DNA of 47,124 nt from Occultella glacieicola (GCF_004353825.1 NZ_SMNA01000003.1:496001-543124), one strand, 5' to 3'. Numbered from the stretch's first letter, positions 36,756 to 45,558 are shown. Translations and numbers: made by a program. The notes: a model not told the origin generated them from the letters alone.

Positions 36756-37912
36756 ATCGAACGGTGGCCGGCGACACTCAGGACGACGTCGACACTCCTG
36801 CGCGCGACCGCCTGCAGCGAGCGGTTCGCTTCGACCCAGGCGGCTAGGCGAGCAGGTTCCTCGGGCATCGGGTCGTGCTCGATTGCCTCGATCATGGTCT
36901 TGGCCACGTCGTCGACGTCATAGTCACAACGCCAGCCCATCGCCTCGCTCTCGATGAGTTCGCCGGCCTCCCCCGGGCCCGCGTAGACCACAGGCGTGCC
37001 CGTGCCGAGCGCGGCCAGCACCTTGGTCGGAAACGCGAAGTCGTAGCCCTGCCCGGGCCGCAAGGAGACGACGGCGGCACGTGCGCCGCGCAACCAGGCG
37101 GCTGACTCGTGGGCAGAGGCGAGCGGATGGAAGTCAACTGATGTTGGCGCGACCGCTGCAGCCAGCTCCTTTAACGACGACCAGGCGCTCCCCTGGCCCA
37201 GGAACACCAGGCGCGCGCCGGGATGGCGCTCCAGCACGTGCGGCATCGCCCGTACGAAGACGTCGGCGCCCTGCCACTCCGACGCTGTACCGGCATACAG
37301 GAGGAAGGGGCCGGTGCCGCGGATGTCGCCGTCGGGCGTGAACACCGTGGTGTCCACGCCGTTGCCGACCGTGACCGCGCGGTCGGCGCCGAGCTCACGC
37401 ACCCGGGCCGTGACGCCGTCGGACACCGAGAGAACGGCGCGGGCGCCCCGGAGCACCCATCGTTCCAGTGCTCGCACGAACCTCACCACGAGCCGCGGCG
37501 CGCCGGTGGACTCCGCCGCGTCGGACCAGACGTCTGCGGCGTTGTACACGTACGGGATTCGTCGTAGGCCGCAAACGATTCGAACGACTGCGCCGCTGGT
37601 CGGCGGCGGCTCGACGACGACCACGTCAGGCCGCGGCTGGGACAGCAGCCGTAGCAGCAACGGGGCATCGAAGCTCAGGTACGGCAGGTACCCGCGGACG
37701 TACCCGCTTCGGTTCCGCAGCACCGGCCACCGACGGACACGGACGGTCTGAGGTATCCCGGAGTCCGGCCCGTGCGGGTCGGTCACGGTGAGCACCGTCA
37801 CCGTAGCCACAGTCGCCAGCTCCCTGGTGAGCGCCGCCAGCCGGAACGACGCCGCCGAAGCTTCGGGTGCGTAGATCCGGCTGGCGATCACGGCATCCGG
37901 TCTCTTCCTCAA
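36752..37912 (-). CDS. Glycosyltransferase family 4
   Basis: SRIYAPEASAASFRL, EPPPT, ADVW, GNGVD, YAGT and FAFPTKV. The TTG overlaps the amidase stop. Confidence 0.88.
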   Translation of the reverse strand: MRKRPDAVIASRIYAPEASAASFRLAALTRELATVATVTVLTVTDPHGPDSGIPQTVRVRRWPVLRNRSGYVRGYLPYLSFDAPLLLRLLSQPRPDVVVVEPPPTSGAVVRIVCGLRRIPYVYNAADVWSDAAESTGAPRLVVRFVRALERWVLRGARAVLSVSDGVTARVRELGADRAVTVGNGVDTTVFTPDGDIRGTGPFLLYAGTASEWQGADVFVRAMPHVLERHPGARLVFLGQGSAWSSLKELAAAVAPTSVDFHPLASAHESAAWLRGARAAVVSLRPGQGYDFAFPTKVLAALGTGTPVVYAGPGEAGELIESEAMGWRCDYDVDDVAKTMIEAIEHDPMPEEPARLAAWVEANRSLQAVARRSVDVVLSVAGHRSI

Positions 37913-40854
37913 CTCACTACGGCGCCGCTCGGGACGGTGCCGACCGGGCGCCCGGGCAGGAACCTGCCCAGCCCGTTTCCGGGGTACTCCATGATCTGAC
38001 CGGAGCCGGTCACGGCGATCAGGTCCGAGACGCCGTCCGAGGTCTCGTCGTTCACGCCGACCAGCGAGGTGAACGAACCCCATCCCGAGCCGATCTGGGT
38101 CGGGCCGACGGCGAGGCCGGCGCCGGTGCCGTTGAAGAACTGCAGCGTCGTTCCGGCGCGGGCGATCAGATCCGGGGCGCCCGCGCCATCCCACTGACCC
38201 ACGTTCGCGATCTGATAGATGCTCGGCGCGTTCCTCATGACCGGAACAGGAGGACGGAAGGATCCGGTGGCCGTCGCCGAGTAGAGGTAGGCCGCGCGAT
38301 CATCCCAACTGTAGGCAATGATCCCCGGCAGGCCGTCGCCCCGCCAGTTCCCGGCCCCGACGAGCACTTCGAAACTCTGCCAACCGTTGCCGATCTGGGT
38401 ACCTGCGGCGAATCGACCGCCACCGGTCCCCAGGTGCAGCATCAGGGCGCCGTTCCCACGCCGGACGACCAGGTCCGCCCGCCCGTCACCGTTCCAGTCT
38501 CCGACCGGTGTCACGTCGATGTCGCCCTGAGCGAGAGTGATACCGGTCGGGGTGAGCTCGGAGTACCCCGGATCCGCCGCGCCGTAGGTCGCCCGATACA
38601 ACCGTCCACCGGAGTCCAACCGATAGAAGATCCGTCCGCTGGACCGCGCTCCGGCGTCCATGATCATCGTGGTGCCGCCCCAACCGCTGTCCAGGACCCC
38701 GCGTGGTCGGACGCTGCCCGACCCCGTGCCCGGGTAGATCAGGAGGTCACCTGCCAGCGACACCGCGACCAGGTCGGTCCGCCCGTCTCCGGTCAGATCG
38801 GAGATCCCAGCCGTGGCGGACACCCCGTTCCACGACGAGCTCACCGTCACGGTGCCCGTGATCGCACCGCGGCCGTTCGAGGCGTACGCGTAAAGGTGCC
38901 CGTTCGAGCCGTGGACACCGAGCAGGGTCGGTCGACCGCCGATGAACCCGCCGGCCATCGAGATCGTCTCCATCCCGTTCCAGCCGGATCCGATCTGCAC
39001 GCCGCGATGGAAGTTTCCACGACCATCGGATGCGTAGAGCCAGAGCGACCCGTTCGAGTGCCGTGCGACGAGGTCGAGGTGGTCGTCGCCGTTCCAGTCG
39101 TCGCCACCGATGAGAAGGTTGAATGTGTTCCAGCCCCACCCGACGCGGACGCCGTTCCCGACACTGCCATCGGCCCGCCCCGGGTAGAGCAGCAGGCTGC
39201 CGTCGGCGGTTCGCAACATCATGTCGACGGTGCCGTCACCGTTCCAGTCGCCGGCGATCGTCGTGCGCGACGGGGTCCAGCCATGTCCGATCCGCTCGTC
39301 CGTCCACCCGAGCGTCGGTGCTGTGGACATCAGCGAGACATTGTTACCGTGACGCACGACCAGGTCCGCTCGACCGTCGCCGTTCAGGTCCCGGTCGAGT
39401 TCTCGGCCCGCGAACGACCCCTGGAAGGCCGCGATCCGGTTCTTCAGTTCGTCCAGCCGGGAGTACATGTACTGCCCCGGGCAGGTGGTCTGCTTCGCGT
39501 CCCGGTGTCCGACGATCCGGTTCCAGGTGGTGCCGTTGAACGTGGTGGTGCCGTGCGGCGTGGTGCCGTGGATGGAGAGTTTCCACGCGGCCACTCGGGC
39601 GACCATGTCGAACGCGGCGGTGGGCACCGCGACCGTGTCGTAGTTCCCCATCAGGGAGATGCCGGCCATGTTGCCGTTCAGGCCGGTGGCGTGGGCACCG
39701 ATGATCGCCTGGTCGAGACCGCCGTAGCGGCCTTCCCAGGCGCGGCCGAAGCGGTCGACCAGAACGTTGTAGCCGATGTCGCCCCAGTCCCGGCCCCACT
39801 CCTCGGCGTGGTAGGAGTAGATGCCCCGCAAGATCGAGGGCACCTGGCTGGCGGAGTACCCGTTCACACCTGCGGTGTGGTGGATGTCGATGCCGGTGAC
39901 CCGGCCCACTTCCGGCGCCCAGGTCCGGATGCTCTCGTCGGCGCCCCACTGGGCGCGCGAGTAGATGGTCGGCCGCGCCGTGGCGGCCGTGGACATGGCG
40001 GAGGCCGTCACGGGGGCGGAGTCGGCGGTGGAGGTGCCGGGGTCGATGACGGAGAGGTTCGCGCCCGTGGGCGCGGTCTCGGCGGTGGTGAGCCGCACCT
40101 CGATCTGGGTGGCGTCGACGACGGCGAGCGGTTCTGTGCCCTGCCGGTCGGTCAGGTCCTCGTCGGCGAGCTGGTTGTCGATCTCCAGCTCCTCCCACTC
40201 GGTCCAGCCGTCCACGGTCAGGGTGCGGACGTCGACAGCGAGGTCGGCCGGGGCACCGGCGTCCCAGGTGACACCGACGACGGCGAGCTCGGGGGTGTCG
40301 GCCGCGGCGATCACGACGTTGTCGGTGGTCTCGGGCGCGTCAGCCGGGGTTTCACCTGCGTCGGCCGGGGTTTCGGCTGCGTCAGCCGGGGTCTCGGGCG
40401 CTTCGGTCGGCTCTGCGTCCGGGGTCCCGGTGCCTTCCGGCGCCGTATTCTCGGGCTCCTGGGCCGTCGCGGCGTCGTCGTCAGCGCCGTCCTCGGCCGG
40501 GGTCTGCGACTGGAGCCCGAACGAGGTGACCTCATCCGCGGCCGTCTCGGCCTGCTCGTCCGACGCGGCTCCATCGCCGGAGTCCCCCGTATCACCGGAA
40601 GCCTCCGAACCGCCGGCGGCCGCAGGCTCGAACGTGACGAGCTCCACCTCGGACTCCACCGGGTGGGCATCGTCGGAGACCTCGGCGGTGATCTCCTCGG
40701 CGCTGGGTACCTCACCCGCGTCGGCGGCCGGCTGGTCGGTCGGCGCGTCGTCGGGTTCGGCCTGGGCCGGCGCGCCGACCAGGAAGGCCAGCACCAGGGA
40801 GGCGGAGGCGGTAGCCACGATGGCGGACGAGGTTCGGCGACGGGCCGGGCGCAT
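37909..40854 (-). CDS. Secreted N-acetylmuramoyl-L-alanine amidase (Amidase_2/PGRP-like) with an acidic N-terminal region and ~10 FG-GAP-like repeats
   Basis: Signal peptide ending PAQA; SRAQWGA, IHHTAG, WGDIGYN.LVD..G..WEGR, GAH, GHRD..TTCPG (Zn ligands H/H/C); DWNGDG/IGxGW repeats. GAGG RBS. Confidence 0.92.
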   Translation of the reverse strand: MRPARRRTSSAIVATASASLVLAFLVGAPAQAEPDDAPTDQPAADAGEVPSAEEITAEVSDDAHPVESEVELVTFEPAAAGGSEASGDTGDSGDGAASDEQAETAADEVTSFGLQSQTPAEDGADDDAATAQEPENTAPEGTGTPDAEPTEAPETPADAAETPADAGETPADAPETTDNVVIAAADTPELAVVGVTWDAGAPADLAVDVRTLTVDGWTEWEELEIDNQLADEDLTDRQGTEPLAVVDATQIEVRLTTAETAPTGANLSVIDPGTSTADSAPVTASAMSTAATARPTIYSRAQWGADESIRTWAPEVGRVTGIDIHHTAGVNGYSASQVPSILRGIYSYHAEEWGRDWGDIGYNVLVDRFGRAWEGRYGGLDQAIIGAHATGLNGNMAGISLMGNYDTVAVPTAAFDMVARVAAWKLSIHGTTPHGTTTFNGTTWNRIVGHRDAKQTTCPGQYMYSRLDELKNRIAAFQGSFAGRELDRDLNGDGRADLVVRHGNNVSLMSTAPTLGWTDERIGHGWTPSRTTIAGDWNGDGTVDMMLRTADGSLLLYPGRADGSVGNGVRVGWGWNTFNLLIGGDDWNGDDHLDLVARHSNGSLWLYASDGRGNFHRGVQIGSGWNGMETISMAGGFIGGRPTLLGVHGSNGHLYAYASNGRGAITGTVTVSSSWNGVSATAGISDLTGDGRTDLVAVSLAGDLLIYPGTGSGSVRPRGVLDSGWGGTTMIMDAGARSSGRIFYRLDSGGRLYRATYGAADPGYSELTPTGITLAQGDIDVTPVGDWNGDGRADLVVRRGNGALMLHLGTGGGRFAAGTQIGNGWQSFEVLVGAGNWRGDGLPGIIAYSWDDRAAYLYSATATGSFRPPVPVMRNAPSIYQIANVGQWDGAGAPDLIARAGTTLQFFNGTGAGLAVGPTQIGSGWGSFTSLVGVNDETSDGVSDLIAVTGSGQIMEYPGNGLGRFLPGRPVGTVPSGAVVS
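40328..40401 (-). repeat. 21-bp in-frame tandem repeat (ETPADAx, ~3.5 copies) in the amidase linker
   Basis: Protein reads APETPADAAETPADAGETPADAPETT. Confidence 0.8.
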
Positions 40855-40907
40855 GACATACCTCACAGAGACGGCTGGGTTCGGGTACAGAGTGCCAGAA
40901 GCGTCCT

Positions 40908-40973
40908 CGCGGGACCTCCCGCGGCGCGCCGGGGGCCGTCCTGGCGGCCCCCGGCGCGCATTTCCGGTCCCGC
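40908..40973. other. Strong nested stem-loop structure in the divergent intergenic region
   Basis: gcgcgccgggggccg (40924-40938) pairs perfectly with cggcccccggcgcgc (40945-40959). The outer gcgggacc (40909-40916) can pair with ggtcccgc (40966-40973). Confidence 0.75.
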
Positions 40974-41049
40974 CCAACCCGGACGCACCACGGCCTAGGA
41001 CGTTCGAGTCGTGGGCGACCGGGTGTCGGACCCCTGCCACAATGTGCCC

Positions 41050-41724
41050 ATGCGCGCGAACGACGACACCTGGCTCGTGGTGCCGTTGTACAACGAGGCC
41101 ACCGTGATCGGGAACGTCGTCGCCGGCGCCCTGCCGACGTTCGCCAACATCGTGTGCGTGGACGACGGCTCCAGCGACGCCTCGGCGGTCGCCGCCCGGG
41201 ACGCGGGCGCCCTGGTCATCCACCACGCCACGAACCTCGGTCAGGGCGCCGCCCTGCAGACCGGCATCTCCTACGTGGTCACCCAGACCGACGCCGAGTA
41301 CCTGGTCACCTTCGACGCCGACGGGCAACACCAGGTCGACGACGCCGCGGCGATGGTGGCCCTGGCGCGCGAGAAGGACCTCGCGATCGTGTTCGGCTCG
41401 CGGTTCCTCGACGACCGCACGAAGGCGGGCTGGCTGAAGAAGGCCATCCTGAAGACGGCGGTCTGGGTCACGAACCAGAGCACCGGGCTGCGTCTGACCG
41501 ACGCCCACAACGGCCTGCGCGTGATCCGCCGGGACGCGGCCGCACGGGTGGACCTGGTCCAGAACCGGATGGCGCACGCCAGTGAGATCGTGCTGCAACT
41601 GGGCCGCACGAAACTGCCCTGGCGTGAGTACCCCGTGCACGTGCTGTACACGGAATACTCCAAGGGCAAGGGTCAGTCGGTGCTGAACTCGGTGAACATC
41701 CTCGTCGACCTGGTCTTCAAGTGA
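41050..41724 (+). CDS. GT2 polyprenol-phosphate glycosyltransferase (DPM1/PpgS-like)
   Basis: VVPLYNEA, VDDGSSD, NLGQGAALQTG, TFDADGQH, GSRF and TDAHNGLR. CACAAT-6 nt-ATG suggests a leaderless start. Confidence 0.9.
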   Translation: MRANDDTWLVVPLYNEATVIGNVVAGALPTFANIVCVDDGSSDASAVAARDAGALVIHHATNLGQGAALQTGISYVVTQTDAEYLVTFDADGQHQVDDAAAMVALAREKDLAIVFGSRFLDDRTKAGWLKKAILKTAVWVTNQSTGLRLTDAHNGLRVIRRDAAARVDLVQNRMAHASEIVLQLGRTKLPWREYPVHVLYTEYSKGKGQSVLNSVNILVDLVFK

Positions 41725-41734
41725 GGAGGCTCCC

Positions 41735-42163
41735 ATGGACAAGATCTGGATCCAGCTGATCCTGCTCGCGGGCGTGGCCGCCGTCGCGGTCACCCTCACG
41801 CGGTCGACGGCGGACGCCCGGCACCAGGCGGTCCGGCGGGTCCTGCTCGTCGGCTTCGTGCTGGTCGCGGCCTCCGCGATCCTGTACCCCACGTTCCTGA
41901 GCCATCTGGCCGCGCTCGTCGGCGTCGGCCGGGGCACCGACCTGGTGCTGTACGCCCTCGTCATCGCCTTCCTGTCCTATGTGGCGACCATGTACCGGCG
42001 GATGAAGATGATGGACCGCCGGATCACCGCCCTGACCCGCGAGATCGCCCTCGCCGAGGTGCGGCTGGAACAGGCCGGCTACCCGACCGCCCGGACCTCG
42101 GCGTCGCCGAGCGACCCCTCCCCGGCCGACCACACGACCGGCCCGCCAGAGCGGCGGCCCTGA
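41735..42163 (+). CDS. DUF2304-family small membrane protein (Rv3632-like partner of PpgS)
   Basis: Three TM segments, VGVGRGTDLVLY and ITALTREIAL. GAGGAGG RBS; directly follows the GT2. Confidence 0.85.
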   Translation: MDKIWIQLILLAGVAAVAVTLTRSTADARHQAVRRVLLVGFVLVAASAILYPTFLSHLAALVGVGRGTDLVLYALVIAFLSYVATMYRRMKMMDRRITALTREIALAEVRLEQAGYPTARTSASPSDPSPADHTTGPPERRP

Positions 42164-42167
42164 CCAC

Positions 42168-44249
42168 GTGCCCACCACCAACGCCTTCCTCGCGCTGGCA
42201 GTGTTCGGATTCGGGCTCCTGCTGCTGTACGCGCCCGGGGTCCTGACCCTGCGGCTGGTCGGTCTGCGCGGGCTGACCCTCGCGGCACTCGCGCCACCGG
42301 TGACGGTCGCGGCCCTGTCCCTGACCGCGATCCTGACCCGGTTCGCGGGCAAGGACTGGGGCCTGGTCCCGGCCACGATCGGCCTCGCGGCCACGTTCGG
42401 CGCGGCCCTGGTGCTGCGAGCGCTCGGCATCGTGCTGACACCCGAGGAGGTGCCCGGCTCGCGACGGCTGCGGACCGTCCTGATGGCCGGCCTGGCCGCG
42501 GGCCTGATCCTGGCCGTGGTCCCGGTCGCCGTGGGCGCCGGGGGCGTGGACTCGCTGCTGCAACGCTGGGACGCCGTCTACCACCTGAGCGCCCTGCGCC
42601 TCATCGACGAGACCCGCTCGGCATCGTCGCTGACCGTCGGCGCCCTCTCCTACGGCACCGGCCAGGCGCATCTGTACCCGGCCGGGTGGCACGCCTTCGC
42701 GTCGTTGTTGCCGCTGTCCAGCCCGACGGCGGTGCTCAATCTGGCCGGCACGCTCACCTCCGGTCCGGCGTGGGTGCTGGGGTGCGCGGCGCTGGCGCGC
42801 CGCGTGTGGCCGCACCTGCCGCCGGCGCCGGCGCTGGTGGGGTTCGCCGCCGGCCTGATCACGGCCACTCCGATGAGCCTGTGGATCGGGTGGGGGCACC
42901 TGCCGAACGCGGCCGCGCTGGCGATGACCCCGGGCGTGCTCGCGTTCGGGATCGGGGCGCTGGACCGGGCCGGGGTGTCGGCCACGGCACGGCTGTCCGG
43001 CCGGGCCGGGCCGTCCGGCCGAGTCGGTCCGTCCGGCGGGGTCGGGTCGTCCGGCCGGGTCGGGTCGTTCGGAGGGATCGAAAGTTCCGGCGGAGTCGAG
43101 CCGTCCCGCCGGACGGGACCGTCCGGCCCGCTCGGGCTGCCGACCGGATGGCACCAGCACGCGGCCGGCGTGGTGGTCCTCGGCGCGGGTGCCGTCGGCC
43201 TCGGCCTGACCCACCCGAACGCGTTCCTCGCCCTCGCCGTGGTGGCGCTGCCGGTCGCCGTCGCCGCCGTGGTGCGGATCGCCCGGGCGGCGTCGGCCGC
43301 GGGCCACCGCGCAATCGCCGTCGGGCTGCCTGCGGCCCTGACCGTGGTCACGGTCGGCGGGGCGCTCGCGTTCGCCGTCTCACCGCTGGCGGCCTCGGTG
43401 ACCGGCTACGTCGGCGACGAACCGGACGGGGCGGGCGCCGCCGTCGGCAGCGTGCTCGTGGGCTGGTACGAGCTCTGGCCGCACGTGGTGACGGCGGCCG
43501 TGGTCGTGGCGGCCCCGTACGGCGCCGTGCTCGCCTGGCGGCGCGGCGCCCCGTGGGCGGCCGGGATGCTCGCGGTGGTGTGGGTGCTGTACATCGACGC
43601 GGCCATGGGTGGGCCGACCGGGATCTCTGCCCTCTGGTACACCAGCCCGGCCCGCCTGAGCGTGGTGACCGCGATGGTGACCGTGGTGCTGGCCGTGGGC
43701 GCGCTCGTCCAGCTCGGCGTGGCGGCCGCTCGCCGGTGGTCCGGCGCCCGCGCCCGCGCGGTCGCCGCCGCGAGCCTCGCGGTCCTGCTCGCCGCCGCGG
43801 TGGTCGCCTCCTCGCTGTACAAGGCCGAACGCACCGCCAAGCTCTACGACCCGGACGCCACCGGGGTGCCCCGGTTCGTGACCGCCGCCGAGCTCGAGAT
43901 GCTCGCCGAGGTGGACCTGGAGCCGGGAGCAGCCGTGCTGGGCAGCCCGTTCTCCGGGGCGGCCCTGCTGTACGGGCTGCACGGCGTGCCGGTGGTCTTC
44001 CCGATCGCCGGTCAGGTGTGGTCCCCGGCCCAGCAGACGATCATGGGTGGCCTCGACGACCTCTCCGACCCGGAGGTCTGCGCGGCCTTGGACGAGCTCG
44101 GCGTGCGGTACCTGTACCAGGACTCCCGGCCCTATCAGGCGTCCGGGGACTACCGTGCGCTCGACGACCTCGAGGTGCCCGGCGCGGAGGTCGTCGCCGA
44201 GGCGGACACGGCCCGGATCCTGCGCCTGCCGGACTGCCACGCGGGCTGA
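42168..44249 (+). CDS. Polytopic membrane protein, GT-C-like (DUF6541/Rv3779-like glycosyltransferase candidate)
   Basis: Many TM helices, a loop with QRWDAVYHL and YPAGWH, HPN, WY..RL, a C-terminal soluble domain, and its context downstream of PpgS-like and DUF2304 genes. Confidence 0.72.
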   Translation: MPTTNAFLALAVFGFGLLLLYAPGVLTLRLVGLRGLTLAALAPPVTVAALSLTAILTRFAGKDWGLVPATIGLAATFGAALVLRALGIVLTPEEVPGSRRLRTVLMAGLAAGLILAVVPVAVGAGGVDSLLQRWDAVYHLSALRLIDETRSASSLTVGALSYGTGQAHLYPAGWHAFASLLPLSSPTAVLNLAGTLTSGPAWVLGCAALARRVWPHLPPAPALVGFAAGLITATPMSLWIGWGHLPNAAALAMTPGVLAFGIGALDRAGVSATARLSGRAGPSGRVGPSGGVGSSGRVGSFGGIESSGGVEPSRRTGPSGPLGLPTGWHQHAAGVVVLGAGAVGLGLTHPNAFLALAVVALPVAVAAVVRIARAASAAGHRAIAVGLPAALTVVTVGGALAFAVSPLAASVTGYVGDEPDGAGAAVGSVLVGWYELWPHVVTAAVVVAAPYGAVLAWRRGAPWAAGMLAVVWVLYIDAAMGGPTGISALWYTSPARLSVVTAMVTVVLAVGALVQLGVAAARRWSGARARAVAAASLAVLLAAAVVASSLYKAERTAKLYDPDATGVPRFVTAAELEMLAEVDLEPGAAVLGSPFSGAALLYGLHGVPVVFPIAGQVWSPAQQTIMGGLDDLSDPEVCAALDELGVRYLYQDSRPYQASGDYRALDDLEVPGAEVVAEADTARILRLPDCHAG
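42995..43129 (+). repeat. Degenerate 18-bp tandem repeat (~7.5 units, SG[R/G]xG[P/S]) inside the GT-C-like gene
   Basis: Units such as gtccggccgggtcgggtc recur every 18 nt from 42995 to 43121. Confidence 0.85.
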
Positions 44250-44385
44250 CGCCGGGGGTGTACCGCCCGGTGGCCCGCCGCGGCTCGGCGATGTGACCTG
44301 GGTCTCCCCCCTCCACACAACCTCCCCCACAACGGCGCGCCCGGTCCGCCGATCCGGGACGGAAGTTGCCTACGATCGGTGATCG

Positions 44386-45558
44386 ATGCCAGCAACCGAC
44401 ATGTCCTCGCGCCCTGCCCACGGCCGGCGCCGCGCACCGCGACACTCCCGGCGGGTCAACCGCCACCAGGTGCTCCGCGGTGCTCTGCTCGCGCTCATCG
44501 GGATCTTCGCGTTCGCCGGGACCGGGGCCGCCCTGACGTACAACTCGCTGCAGGGCAACATCGACCAGCACGACCTCAGCTCGATCCTCGGCGAGGACCG
44601 GGAGAGCCCGTCGCCCGCACAGCCGGGCGACCCCGCCGAGGGCCGGGCCTACAACCTGCTCGTGCTCGGCTCGGACACCCGCACGGGTGACAACTCCGAG
44701 TACGGCGAGGCCGAGGGTCAGCGGTCGGACACCACGCTCGTGGTGCACATCTCCGCGGACCGGTCCCGGGTGGACGTGATCTCCATCCCCCGTGACCTGA
44801 TCGTGGACATCCCGAGCTGCCCGCTCCCGGACGGTTCCGAGACCGGCGAGTCCTACGACGAGCGCTTCAACGCCGCGTTCGCCTACGGCGGCCAGTCCGG
44901 CGACACCGCCTACGCCGCGGCCTGCACGATCCTGACCGTGGAGGAGATGACCGGTCTGTTCATCGACGACTTCGTCGTCGTCGACATGGAGGGCTTCAAG
45001 GACATGGTGAACGCCATCGGCGGCGTGGACATGTGCTTCGAGGAGGACATGGTCTCCCCGGAGGCGAACCTGAACATCACGGCCGGGTGCCACACGCTCG
45101 ACGGTGAGACCGCCCTCGCGGTCGCCCGGGCCCGCAAGGGCATCGGCAACGGCTCCGACATCGGCAGGATCGACCGACAGCAGGAACTCCTGACGGCGAT
45201 GGTCGAACAGGTCCTGGCGAAGAACCTGCTCACCGACTCCGCCGGGCTGTTCCAGTTCCTGCAGGCCGCGACCGCCTCGCTGAGCACCAGCAACGGGATC
45301 GGCAACATCACCTCGATGGCCGGCCTCGCGTACTCGCTGAACGACGTCGGGATCGACAACTTCACGTTCGCCACCGTGCCGTTCGACTGGTCCGGGAACG
45401 TGGTGCTGCAGAACGCCGACTCCGAGGCGCTCTGGGCGTCGGTGGCCGCGGACCAGCCGCTGGTGCTGCCGCCGGACCCCGACGCGACCGACGGCACCGG
45501 GACCGAGGACACCTCGGGGGCAACCGGCGAGGGCCAGGAGGAGCCCGGCCAGGGCTGA
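44386..45558 (+). CDS. LCP (LytR-CpsA-Psr) family glycopolymer-peptidoglycan ligase
   Basis: N-terminal TM, NLLVLGSDTR, RSDT, SIPRD, ARARK..SDIGRIDRQQ. Confidence 0.93.
   Translation: MPATDMSSRPAHGRRRAPRHSRRVNRHQVLRGALLALIGIFAFAGTGAALTYNSLQGNIDQHDLSSILGEDRESPSPAQPGDPAEGRAYNLLVLGSDTRTGDNSEYGEAEGQRSDTTLVVHISADRSRVDVISIPRDLIVDIPSCPLPDGSETGESYDERFNAAFAYGGQSGDTAYAAACTILTVEEMTGLFIDDFVVVDMEGFKDMVNAIGGVDMCFEEDMVSPEANLNITAGCHTLDGETALAVARARKGIGNGSDIGRIDRQQELLTAMVEQVLAKNLLTDSAGLFQFLQAATASLSTSNGIGNITSMAGLAYSLNDVGIDNFTFATVPFDWSGNVVLQNADSEALWASVAADQPLVLPPDPDATDGTGTEDTSGATGEGQEEPGQG

Noticed and set aside
29509..37175. Rare TTA codons in a few genes as possible bldA-type control
   Set aside because: There is no evidence the host is a streptomycete, and they occur in AT-richer genes, so composition explains them.
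40865..40990. c-di-AMP (ydaO) riboswitch upstream of the amidase
   Set aside because: Only a CCCGAACCC fragment resembles it. The GAATCC, GGAACCGGGG and GTCAGCTAAC elements are absent.
37867..40998. 1043-aa plus-strand ORF, and other long antisense ORFs such as 44041..46401, 3787..5454, 14370..15995 and 20779..22527
   Set aside because: Shadow ORFs opposite well-supported genes. High GC3 removes antisense stops, and no family motifs are present.
40855..41964. N-terminal 370 aa of the 1351-aa ORF call
   Set aside because: It is antisense to the GT2 and DUF2304 genes. The real start is ATG 40854, with an RBS and signal peptide.
42995..43129. CRISPR-like array
   Set aside because: The units are contiguous, degenerate and in-frame with no spacers, and there are no cas genes.
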